DNA from: Octopus sinensis
Taxonomy: Eukaryota
Length of the DNA: 64,000 nucleotides
Assembly (NCBI RefSeq): GCF_006345805.1
Contig: NC_043011.1
Span: 6,758,001-6,822,000, forward strand
Direction: 5' to 3'
Position numbers and translations under genes: made by a program. Positions 50,362 through 62,639 of this stretch are shown piece after piece (position 1 is the stretch's first letter; each line of letters begins with the position of its first letter). The notes below the pieces were generated by a model, which saw only the letters and a list, made by a program, of their open reading frames with translations, was not told the DNA's origin and made no database searches.

Positions 50362-53290
50362 CTTTGCAACTGTTGCTCCAAAATGTCACGAGAAGAAGAA
50401 TTAGGAATTCTGTAAAAGACGAACAAAGATATTTCAGCTGAGAAATTCCTGCTGTGACCTCGGATTCCATTTTCTCTTCTAAAGCTGACAAAAAGCATTC
50501 TTGAAGAAAGGAGAAAGAGATAAGGGTGGTGGTGGTGGTAGAGCCTCTGGTTAATTGCATCAAACCCCAGTATATGACTGGTTATTTATTTCACTGACCC
50601 CTGTCAAGATGAAAGGTGAAGCTGACCCTCTGGAGTAGGTGAAGGACTGTGGCAAATTATTGCAACACATTTGTGCGTGTATGTTTATATATACTCTTTA
50701 CTCTTTTACTTGTCTCAGTCATTTGACTGCGGCCATGCTGGAGCACGGCCTTTAATTGAGCAACTCGACCCCGGCACTTATTCTTTGTAAGCCCAGTACT
50801 TATTCTATCAGTCTCTTTTGCCGAACCGCTAAGTGACGGGGACATAAACACACCAGCATCGGTTGTCAAGCAATGCTAGGGTGACAAACATGCACACACA
50901 AACACACACACATACATATATATATACGACGGGCTTCTTTCAGTTTCCGTCTACCAAATCCACTCACAAGGCTTTGGTCGGCCCGAGGCTATAGTAGAAG
51001 ACACTTGCCCAAGATGCTACGCAGTAGGACTGAACCCGGAACCATGTGGTTGGTAAACAAGCTACTTACCACACAGCCACTCCTGCGCCTATGTATATAT
51101 AAATATACATTCAGGAAGTGTGTGAGTGGGGGGGGGGGATTAAGTCACTTACATAGACCCCAGTGCTCAATTGGTATTTATTTTATCAGCCCCAAAGAGG
51201 GGAAAGAGAAAATCAAGCTTGGCAGAATTTGAACTCAGAACAAAATAAAGGAGGACGAAATACCACTAAACATTTTGCCCAGTGTGGTAACGATCCTGCC
51301 AGTTTGTCACCTGAAACTGGGGAAACGGGTAAGGGTTGGCAACAGGAAAAGCATCCATTTGTAGAAAAATCTACCACAACTAAACTTCATCTGACCCATG
51401 GAAATGTCGATGCCAAAACGACAATGATGATTATGATGATGATGATCTTGTTTCTCATTCTAGCAACTCTGGTAATCCACAGCCTTCACCATCTGTTACC
51501 GTTTTTGTCAGTCGTTTCATAAATGCTGGAATATCCAGGTGATTTATCTTGTTTATGAAACACTCAGGTATGGCCTAGCTGCACTAAGATTGTCATCAGC
51601 AGAAACATAAATCTTTGACAGAAGAAAGTTCATTGTCTTCAAGTAACAAAAAACCATACAAGACCTTGGAAACTCCCCACCCCTGCACTCGACACCACTG
51701 CCACCGTGGCCACCACCTGTTAAATGAACGGAGACTTATAAGTTATGATAATTTGCTTCGACACTTAAACACCTTTGTGTTATTTTCCTTCTTCTTAAGG
51801 ATTTGGAAGTGGTGGTGCCATTGGTCTCACAGACCCTTTGACACCGATGAGATGGATTTAGTTGTTGGGACCCTTAAAAGGGTAGCCATGACTATAGTAA
51901 ACAACATGAGGAAAGAAGGAATTTCGAGGCGGGGGGGGGGGTGATACTCTGTGGGGCTAGTCGTAGGAGGAAGGATTGCAAAAGGGGTTGGTGTTGGGTA
52001 GATAAAGGGTGGACCCAACCGGGATGAAGAGAGAATTAGGAATAACTGAAAGAAGCTGGCATGCGACCAGCCAGCTATGAGGAAGCAGTGGCCATTGTAG
52101 TAACAGTTTAAAAGGCAAGGAGAGGACACAGCATGCTTGAAGAGGGGCACAGGATGGGAAGAAAGGGGGTGTGAGTCATTGTTTCTTTGTTCATTGGATT
52201 AATCAGAAATATATAATTAAAACATGTTTACACAATGACATTTATTAAAAATATGATATGACATTTACATGTGTGTGTGTTTATCTATGCATGTATATCT
52301 TTACATGTGTGCATTCGTGTATGCATATATGTGTGAATGTGAGTATACCTATGAATGTGTATATGTATGTGAGCAAGTGTGTGTATATCTGTGTGCAATG
52401 GTATGCAGAGGTGTATGAAATTTCATACACTTCCACATACCTATTTCTTTATTATCCACAAGGGGCTAAACACAGAGGGGACAAACAAGGACGGACATAG
52501 GTATTAAGTCGATTACATCGACCCCAGTGCGTAACTGGTACTTAATTTATCGACCCCGAAAGGATGAAAGGCAAAGTCGACCTCGGCGGAATTTGAACTC
52601 AGAATGTAGTGGCAGACGAAATACCTATTTCTTTATTATCCACAAGGGGCTAAACACAGAGGGGACAAACAAGGACAGACATAGGTATTAAGTCGATTAC
52701 ATCGACCCCAGTGCGTAACTGGTACTTAATTTATCGACCCCGAAAGGATGAAAGGCAAAGTCGACCTCGGCGGAATTTGAACTCAGAACGTAGCGGCAGA
52801 CGAAATACCGCTAAGCATTTCGCCCGGCATGCTAACGTTTCTGCCAGCTCGCCTACATACCATTGAACTCCCCCTCCAACACCAACCCAATTCCTTTGTC
52901 CCACTAACCACTGCCACAATGACTACCAACTCACCCTTTGTCTTCTCTCAACACACCTTATTAGTCCTCCTCAGCCACTGAACCAGCCAACATATTTCCC
53001 TCAAAAAATAACCATTCCCTTTCTCACTATCCCAACCACTAATTCTACACCCTCCATACCAATTAACACAATAAACTACCATTCACATACTACCTACAAC
53101 ACCCTCCCCTCTTCCTCCTACCTTTCACTATAACTCCCTACTAGCCTCCTTATCAACTTCCAGCCCTTGAAATTTATTTTCTCCTCTCACTATCCCCCAC
53201 CTGAATACCTCCCCAATACCCCACCTCTAATACATTTAGCTCTCCACAAAATCATTCCATCGTTGAACTTCTTTCCTTCAACACCTCAAA

Positions 53291-53400
53291 TGCAAGATCT
53301 CTTCCCTGAAGATGGAGGCGCGTCTTATCCAATGATGGAATCAATCTACAAACATCATTTTGGTTCACCGTGCCCCCAGAAACAGCTGTTGGGATTTGTA
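53291..53400 (+). ncRNA. Type-I hammerhead ribozyme motif, intact core
   Basis: cttcc-CTGAAGA-TGGAGGCGCG...CGTGCCCCCA-GAAA-CAGCTG-TT^-ggga; palindromic stem III ACAGCTGT. Confidence 0.75.
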
Positions 53401-54520
53401 ATACTCATCTTCAACCCATTTAATTCTCTATATCATTCGGATTCTGTATAAATCAGACCTTTTATATGTCTACACATATATACATTTTCTTTGTATTTCA
53501 TGTATTTAATATACTTCATATACATTGACCTGTCTAATTTGCTTATCCCCTTATTTGCTTCTATACACATCATCATCATCGTTTAACGTCCACTTTCCAT
53601 GCTAGCATGGGTTAGACGATTTGACTGAGGACTAGCGAACCAGATGGCTGCACCACGCTCCAATCTTGATCTGGCAGAGTTTCTACAGCTGGATGCCCTT
53701 CGTAACGCCAACCACTTTGAGAGTGTAGTGGGTGCTTTTACGTGCCACCAGTATGGGGGCCAGTCAGGCGGTACTGGCAACGACCTCGCTCGAATTTTTT
53801 TACACATGCCAACGGCACAGGTGCCAGTAAAGCGAAGCTGGTAACGATCACACTCGAATGGTGCCCCTTACATGCCACCGGCACGGAAGCCAGTTGGCTG
53901 CTCTGGCAACGATCACGCTCAGATGGTGCTCTTAGCACCCTACTAGCACGGGGCACAAGTGCCAGTAAGGCGAAGCTGGTAACGATCACACTCGAATGGT
54001 GCCTTTTATGTGCCACACAAATTCATATCTATCTATACACACACACACACACACATGCATAAATATCTGTATCTATATATATATATATTATACATATATC
54101 TATTTCTACTATAGCCTTGGGCCGACCAAAGCCTTGTGAGTGGATTTGGTAGACGGAAACTGAAAGAAGCCCATCCTATATATGTATATATATGCATGTG
54201 TGTGTTTGTGTGTCTGTGTTTGTCCCCCTAGCATTGCTTGACATCCAATGCTGGTGTGTTTATGTCCCCGTTACTTAGCGGTTCGGCAAAAGAGACCGAT
54301 AGAATAAGTACTGGGCTTACAAAAGAATAAGTCCCGGGGTCGAGTTGCTCGATTAAAGGCGGTGCTCCAGCATGGCCGCAGTCAAATGACTGAAACAAGT
54401 AAAAGAGTAAAGAGTATATATACATATTATACATACACACACACAAGGACAGACAGATGAAATGAATTACTCTACCAGAGGTGACCCCAAAAAACGAAAC
54501 ACCTAATCCCTATCATAAAA

Positions 54521-54574
54521 GGGTCCTGAAGATGAGTTGGGATAAAGAAGACTTGAAACCCTGAGAGAGGACCC
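54521..54574 (+). ncRNA. Possible degenerate hammerhead motif
   Basis: gggtc-CTGAAGA-T-GAGTT...GACTT-GAAA-ccctgagagag-gaccc; stem I and core intact, cleavage triplet lost. Confidence 0.35.
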
Positions 54575-55005
54575 CCACTCCCTACTTGCACTACCATAAC
54601 AAACAGTCTTTTTAATTAGCATTAATTAATGAGAAAAGAAACGGAGAGACTAAGGAACAAGCGTAGCATGGCCTCTGTCGTTCACAGAGTGGTGAGTGTG
54701 GAATAATTGATGTTCAGTAGATACACCAATATGCACCAGCATTGCGCATACTGGTGCAGCAGGCGTAACAAGGTCAGCCACAGACGAACGGCTGGGATGG
54801 TTGGAAATATGTCTAAACAATGTTAGCATAGCAAAGCAATGGTTTCATTATAATGATGTTGGTGGTGGTGGTGGGTGGTGATGGTGGTGGTTGGTGATGG
54901 TGATGGTGGAGGTAGTAGAGGTGGTGGTAGTGCTGTTAATAATTGATATTGTTGGCAGCAGTGATAATGGTAATGGAGATGACGATAACAATGGTGATAT
55001 GACAG

Positions 55006-55044
<39 letters not shown>

Positions 55045-55685
55045 CAATAATCCCATCTGAAGCTGGTCTCAAATGTCATAAATTACACTAATTACTGTGA
55101 TGGTGGTGATGATAATGACGATGAAGATGGTGATGATGATTTTCCAGTTGGAGCCAGACTCAAGGATGCAAATTATAATTGCTGTGGTGGTGAAGATGGT
55201 GGGGTCGGTTCCAGCCGAAGTCGGACTCCAAGATATAAATTATATTGCTGTACTTTCACCCGACTGATCGTCAATTCAGCTGGAATAAAACTTTGGTTTT
55301 GCTGTTTAATCAATAAAATCTAAAACTCTGTTCCAATTATTGATTATTTTTTTCCCACCTTAAAGTCATCACACCATCATCACACATACAACAAAATTCC
55401 ATCGAGATGGATTCCATAGTTTACTGGGGACTACTGATACACACACGTGTGTATAGGTGTGGCTGCGTGGTAAGATGTTTGCTTCCCAACTACATGGTGC
55501 CCAGGTTCAATCCCACTGTGTGGCAACTTGGGCAAGTGTCTTCTACTATAGATTTGGACTGACCAAAGCTTTGTGAGTGGATTTGGTAGATGGAAACTGA
55601 AAGAAGCCCATCACATAAACACACACATATACGATCGCTAAATCCACAAGTCTTTTTATTCTCTCTCTGTTTATTTTCTCTGATT

Positions 55686-55723
55686 CCTTTCTGATGAAGA
55701 GCGTAGGCTCGAAGTGTAAAAGA
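55686..55723 (+). ncRNA. Minimal hammerhead motif, same family as 39505 (solo pLTR about 55640-55802)
   Basis: ccttt-CTGATGA-A-GAGC GTAG GCTC-GAAG-TG-TA-aaaga, followed by pLTR-like tail and (TA)n. Confidence 0.65.
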
Positions 55724-55801
55724 CTTTCTCACTTTTCCCGAGTGTCAAAGTAATACACCTGCTTGTTGTTCTACGTCTTTTGTCTTTCTGTAAATTTCAA
55801 C

Positions 55802-55834
<33 letters not shown>

Positions 55835-56139
55835 CATCATCATTGTTTAACGTCCGTTTTCCATGCTAGCATCGGTTGGACGGTTCGACCGGGGTCTGGA
55901 AAGCCAGGAGGCTGCACCAGGCTCCAGTCTGATCTGGCAGTATTTCTACAGCTGGATGCCCTTCCTAACGCCAACTACTCTGAGAGTGTAGTGGGTGCTT
56001 TCACGTGCCACCGGCACGAGGGCCAGTCAGGCGGTACTGGCATCGGCCACACACAAATGCCATCTGCACATATGAATATTTTGTTTTGGGATTTGGTTCA
56101 CAAGATTCTTTATGTGAATTTGTGTGTTGAAGCATATTT

Positions 56140-56770
56140 CATTTTGTCTGGGGAGAGTCATTCTCTTTCGGTACCTTATAATTTAACACACTCACCGGTA
56201 AAGTTTCCACTCATTTACTTATTTATTTTGCCTAAAATTTTTGTTGTGACTATTGAAAAGATTGCAAGACGCAACAAAACTTTTGGGAAAAATAAATAGG
56301 CGCAGGAGTGGCTGTGTGGTAAGTAGCTTGCTAAACAACCACATGGTTCCGGGTTCAGTCCCACTGCGTGGCATCTTGGTCAAGTGTTTTCTGCTATAGC
56401 CCCGGGCCAACCAATGCCTTGTGAGTGGATTTGGTAGACGGAAACTGAAAGAAGCCCGTCGTATATATGTATATATGTGTTTGTGTGTGTGTATTTGTCC
56501 CCCTAGCATTGCTTGACAACCGATGCTGGTGTGTTTACGTCCCCGTCACTTAGCGGTTTGGCAAAAGAGACCGATAGAATAAGTACTGGGCTTACAAAGA
56601 ATAAGTCCCGGTGTCGATTTGCTCGACTAAAGGCGGTGCTCCAGCATGGCCGCAGTCAAATGACTGAAACAAGTTAAAGAGTAAAGAGAGGTAAATGAGT
56701 GGAAACTTTACCAGTGAGTGTGTTAAATAATAAGGCACTAAAAGAGAATGGCTCTCCCCAGACACAACAA
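56140..56770. repeat. Fold-back element interrupted by a SINE (56299-56690)
   Basis: Left arm tgtctggggagagtcattctcttt...gtttccactcatttac; right arm gtaaatgagtggaaacttta...ctctccccagaca resumes after the SINE. Confidence 0.75.
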
Positions 56771-57121
56771 AATAGATATACATATATATATCATCACCAT
56801 CATCTTCATTATGTAATGTCTTCTCTTCCAGGCTAGCATGGGTCACAAGGAACTTGTTGAAGCTAATTTTCTACAGATGGATGTCCTTCCTGTTGCCAAC
56901 CCACTCCTGTTTCCAAGCAAGGTAATATCTTCCTCAAGGCCAAATACTGGACATGAATGACACCGTTTATATGACAAGGACACTCATTTACAACCATAAA
57001 GCGATGTCAGGGAAAAGAGACACAAACATGTACACACACATACATATATATATGTGACCTCGTGTACCGTTGGCGATTTTTTTCCTCTGTCTTCCCATCT
57101 CGGGATCTTTCCTTCTCCTAT

Positions 57122-57156
57122 GTTTCCGACAAAGAGCTCCACTCGAAACGTTAAAC
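57122..57156 (+). ncRNA. Degenerate minimal hammerhead motif in a TA-flanked cassette (about 57053-57253)
   Basis: gttt-CCGACAA-A-GAG CTCCA CTC-GAAA-CG-TT^-aaac. Confidence 0.55.
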
Positions 57157-57249
57157 CCTCCGTCTTCCCTTCTATCCTGAGCATCCAATAATACTATATT
57201 TGTTCCACGTCCTCGCGTTGTGTTTTTTTGTGCTTTCTTGTTTGGATTA

Positions 57250-57280
<31 letters not shown>

Positions 57281-60200
57281 GTAAAGGCTTCTTTCAGTTT
57301 CCGTCTACCAAATCTACTCACAAGGCTTTGGTCAGCCCAGGGCCATAGCAGGAAACTCTCGCCTAGGGTGCTACACAGGAATCCAAGACGTGATGGAGAA
57401 GCAAACTTCTTAATTAAATATAACCATCTACAGGTGCCCCGTCACTTACAACAAGGAGGGTACCAGCTGATCAGATCAAGGAACAGCCTGCTTGTGAAAT
57501 CAATATGCAAGTGGCTGAGTACCCCACAGAACATGCATACCCTTAATGTAGTTCTGAGGGAGATTCAACAGGATACAGAATGTGACAAGTTTGGCCCTGT
57601 GAATTACTGGTACCACTCATTTCTACCAGCTGAGTGGACTGGAGCAATGTGAAATAGAGTGTCTTGCTCAAGGACACAATGTGCCACCAGGAATTGAACT
57701 CGTGGCCTTATAAGTGTGAAAGACAGATAAGATATGCATATACACATAGACATATCTCTCTCTCTCTCCCTCTATATATACATGTGTGTGTGTATGTATA
57801 TATATATCTTTAACTCTTTTACTTGTTTCAGTCATTTGACTGCGGCCATGCTGAAGCACCGCCTTTAATCGAGCAATTCGACCCCGGGGCTTATTCTTTT
57901 GTAAGCCTACTACTTATTCTATCGGTCTCTGTAACAGGAACATAAACACACCAGCATCGGTTGTCAAGCAATGCTAGGGGGACAAACAGACACACAAACA
58001 CACACACGCATATATATATATATATATTATATATATATTATATATATATATATACACACATATACGACAGGCTTCTTTCAGTTTCCGTCTACCAAATCCA
58101 CTCACAAGGATTTGGTCGACAACAAGGCTATAGTAGAAGACACTTGCCCAAGGTGCCACGCAGTGGGACTGAACCCGGAACCATGTGGTTGGTAGACAAG
58201 CTACTTACCACACAGCCACTCCTGTGCCATGTGCATATATATACACATACACACATATAAAAGCTATTTTCGTTTTTCAATCTAGACAGAAGGTTCAAAA
58301 CATCCTGGTACACTTTAGAAACATCATTCATTTAACATCCACTTTCCATGCAGGCATGGGTTAGATGGTTTGATCGGAACTGGCAAGCTGGAGAACTGCA
58401 CCAAGATCCAGCCTGATTTGGCTTGGTTTCTACAGCTGAATGTCCTTCCTAACGCTAAACACACACACATATAAATGTAATATAAGATATCTGTATAATA
58501 GCTTGTTTACCAACCACATGGTTCCGGGTTCAGTCCCACTGCGTGGCACCTTGGGCAAGTGTCTTCTACTATAGCGTCGGGCCGACCAAAGCCTTGTGAG
58601 TGTATTTGGTAGACGGAAACTGAAAGAAGCCCGTCGTATATATATATATATATATGTTTGTGTGTGTGTTTGTGTGTCTGTGTTTGTCCCCCTAGCATTG
58701 CTTGACAACCGATGCTGGTGTGTTTATGTCCCCGTCACTTAGCGGTTCGGCAAAAAGAGACTGATAGAATAAGTACTGGACTTACAAAGAATAAGTCCCG
58801 GGGTCGAGTTGCTCGGTTAAAGGCGGTGCTCCAGCATGGCCGCAGTCAAATGACTGAAACAAGTAAAAGAGTAACCCATGCCAGCATGGACAATGGATGT
58901 TAAATGATGATGATGATGATACTAGTCAGTGCATTGGGCCCTTGAACAAGATACTTCATTCTCCATAGTTCCAGTCCATTCAACTGTGAACGAGCAGCCC
59001 TGTGACTGGTTGATGTCCCACGCAAAGGGTGGGGGTGGGAGGAATGTTGTGATGTTGGTCACTTGGTATGTCTTAGAAACTGGGTAACTGGACTCGTGAA
59101 TTGTACGACTCGAGATGGTAATGTCCAAGGTTGTTGTTGTTGATGATGGCAGTATTTTATTTCTTTTTTAATATTCCAACTACATAAGAATCATCGTTTT
59201 CTTTTATTCCAGTAAATACTTTCGTTATTTCTTATTAACGAGAAATTAAAAGAGCAATGCTAGATATGGACAACAAATATAATGTTTGATTTATATGAAA
59301 TCTATCTGGGACACAGTATTGCTGCTCTTTCATTATTATCTATAACAAGTTTAGATTTCAAATTTTCAAATATATACACACAAACAAATATATACATACA
59401 TACATATATATATATATATAGATATATATATATATATATTATATATATATATATATACATGCCATCATTGTTTAAACAATGATGATAATGATGATATATA
59501 TCTAATTGTAGATTAACATGATTGGTAGTGATTTACACTGCATGTGAATGGCAAACATATCATGTACAAGAAAATGTAAACTTTGACCTAAAGATCTAAC
59601 TCCGTAGGTCAGTGTGAACTACAAGGTGGTGCACGAAGAGAATCATCATCATCGTTTAACATCCGCTTTCCATGCTAGCATGGGTTGGACGATTGACTGA
59701 GGGCTGGCGAACCAGATGGCTGCACCAAGCTCCAAACTTGATCTGGCAGTGTTTCTACAGCTGGATGCCCTTCCTAACGCCAACCACTCCGAGAGTGTAG
59801 TGGATGCTTTTTACGTGCCAATCAGGCGGTACTGGAAACGACCTCGCTCGAATCTTTTACACATGCCACACAGTTTCCATCTACACTCATTTTCACTCAC
59901 TAGGCATCGGTTAACCCATGGCTGCATCAGAAGACGCTTGCCTAAGGTTCCACACAGTGGGAACGAACCTGAAACCACATAGTCACAGGTTACTTGTTGA
60001 CCCCTACCAATGCTAGTGTCACAAAAGGCTCTGTAAAGTGGTTGGTGTTAGGAATGAAAACAAATGTTAAACGATGATGATGACACACACACACATATAT
60101 ATATGAACAAAAACACAAACACATCCGAGCCTCTGACTACTGCAAACACTTTAGGCCAAACCAGCTCTGACATGTAAAGAGAACACTGAACTTTCATAAA

Positions 60201-60288
60201 TATACATATACAATGGCGGTGCTCCAGCATGGCCACAGCTTGTGAGCTGAAACTAGATAAAAAAAAAAATAATAATTTTACACACACA

Positions 60289-60338
<50 letters not shown>

Positions 60339-60357
60339 TACATTCCTGTCACAACCT

Positions 60358-60401
60358 GGGACCTTGAAGACTGCTATAACGCAAGAAAGTATACTAGTCC
60401 C
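60358..60401 (+). ncRNA. Hammerhead motif next to a long (TA)n tract
   Basis: gggac-CTTGAAGA-CTGC TATAAC GCAA-GAAA-GTATAC-TA^-gtccc; 5-bp GC stem I, palindromic stem III. Confidence 0.6.
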
Positions 60402-60517
60402 TTAATATTTTATATTCAACATTTCATCTATTCAATAAGACAATCAGTAACTCATTTCATTTTACTCTATATATGTTATTATTTATACCATATATTCTAT
60501 ATCCTACATTAATATTA

Positions 60518-61410
60518 TCATCATCATTATTTAGCATCCGTTTTCCATACTAGCATGGGTTGGCGGTTCAACTGGGGTCTGTGAAGCCTGAAGGCTTCAA
60601 CAGGCCCAGTCAGATCTGGCAGTGTTTCTACGGCTGGATGCCCTTCCTAACGCCAACCACTCTGCGAGTGTAGTGGGTGCTTTTTACGTGCCACCCGCAC
60701 AGGTGCCAGACAGAGCTGGCAAACGGCCATGAACGGATGGTGCTTTTACGTGCCACCGGCACGGGTGCCAGGCGAGGCTGGCAACGGACACGAACGGATG
60801 GTGCTTTTTACGTGCCACCGGCACGAGGCCAGTCGAGGCGGCACTGGCAACGGTCACAAACAGATGGTTCTCTTACGTGGCACCGGCACTGGTAACTCAG
60901 CTGCAATTTCCATTGATTGATTTCAATTCTGATCCTCACTTGCCTCAACAGGTCTTCACAAGTAGAGTTTTGTGTCCCAAGAAGGGAAGGTATGCATACG
61001 TAGGCTGGCTCCATCCCATGTAGAAGGCCATGGGTTATGGTCTCACTTGTCCTGCCGGGTCTTCTCGTGCACAGCACACTTCCAGAGGTCTCGGTCTCTA
61101 GTCATTTCCTCGGTGAGATCTAAAGTTCGAAGGTTGTGCTTCACCACCTCGTCCCAGGTTTCCTGGGTCTGCCTCTTCCACAGGTTCCCTCAACTGCTAG
61201 GGTGTGGCACTTTTTCACACAACTATCTTCATCCATTCTCGTCACATGACCATACCAGCGCAAACGTCTCTCTTGCACACCACAACTGATGCTTCTTAGG
61301 TCCAGCTTTTCTCTCAAGGTACTGACACTCTGTCGAGTATGAGTACTGACATTACACATCCATCGGAGCATACTGGCTTCATTTCTTGCGAGCTTACGCA
61401 TATCCTCAGC
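60518..61410 (-). mobile_element. RTE-clade LINE 3' end (ORF C-terminus plus 3' UTR ending in (GAT)n)
   Basis: EASMLRWMCNV...ERRLRWYGHVTRM...VEGTCGRGRPRK, followed by the abundant 3' UTR repeat. Confidence 0.85.
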
Positions 61411-61584
61411 ATTATAAATATAAATAAAACATAAAAAACAGAGTTGGAATTTCTTTGAATAATATATATCCCTCTATACACAATCATACAAACGCCTTTT
61501 TATTTATATATAACAAAAATTCAGGGTGAATACTTGATAATTGTAAGCACCTGTATATACCATTTAGTGGTGTAGGTGATAGAG

Positions 61585-61804
61585 TATATTAATCAAAATA
61601 AAAACATGATGCCAAGGATTCAGCGGTACATATGTTTTGGGCCTTTATTAGACGGTTTTACAACAATGCATAATGTGTGTCTATGTACGCGGCTGAAGAA
61701 GGCCATAGACACACATTATGCATTGTTGTAAAACCGTCTAATAAAGGCCCAAAACATATGTACCGCTGAATCCTTGGCATCATGTTTTTATTTTGATTAA
61801 TATA
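61585..61804. repeat. Perfect inverted repeat, 101-bp arms (61585-61685 / 61704-61804), 18-nt spacer
   Basis: Arms read as exact reverse complements; ends in (TA)n. Confidence 0.9.
61689..61766 (+). ncRNA. Hammerhead motif at the centre of a 101-bp fold-back
   Basis: gcgg-CTGAAGA-AGGCC...GGCCC-AAAA-CATATG-TA^-ccgc (GAAA changed to AAAA). Confidence 0.6.
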
Positions 61805-62639
61805 TATATACATATATATAGATTCAAATGAATATGGTACTTAATTTAGATGCACCAGAATTTTGTATGGTGTTACCCATAAAAATATGCGGGGTGATTC
61901 TTGTTGCTTATTATTTTTTTATTATATATACATATACATAGGAGTGGCTATGTGGTATGTAGGTTGCCTACCTAAGCAACCAACTTCCGCTTCAGTCATT
62001 TCTGAGTTTACTGTGCTACTATCCAGAAACAAAAATTTTAAACTTTTTTAAGCCATCATAGGCTTTTGTTTTGCCACGGCCCCAAGAGGGGGCGGAATTT
62101 GAAACTGTATTTTTTGTTACCATGTTACAAAAGAAAAACCCCAATTCATCGCCCCAGGAAAGAAAGAAGACCCTAAAGTCTTAACTGAATACAACACTGA
62201 AGACATGGATATGGACGAGATTGTTGTCAACCATCATCTCAGAGAATTTTTTCCCAAACACAGGGACTTAAATGAAAGATGTGCCTGTATAGGGGAAACC
62301 TTATACAGTTCAGCAAAAAGAGTCCGACAGAATAAGTACTAGGTTTACAAAGAATAAGTCCTGGGGTCAATTTGTTTGACTAAAAGGTGGTGCTCCAGCA
62401 TGGCTGCAGTCAAATGACTGAAACAAGTAAAAGAAATAAAGAATATATGATGACTAACGACTCATGAGTGAGGAAGACCATCGCTGACCATTAAGAACAT
62501 TGTGCACTGAGAGGAATTTGTACTTTGCCCTTGTGGCTCATCTGGTGACTAATTAGCCCAGATCTTGATGGAGATACATGTCCACAGACGTTGTAGGCCA
62601 AGCTTTGCCCATTCACTACATTGTAAGGAGAACTGCCTT

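Noticed and set aside
587-58903. Recurrent ORFs such as [10 protein letters not shown]...[15 protein letters not shown] and ...DALPNANHS
   Set aside because: Translations of SINE A and RTE UTR copies, not genes.
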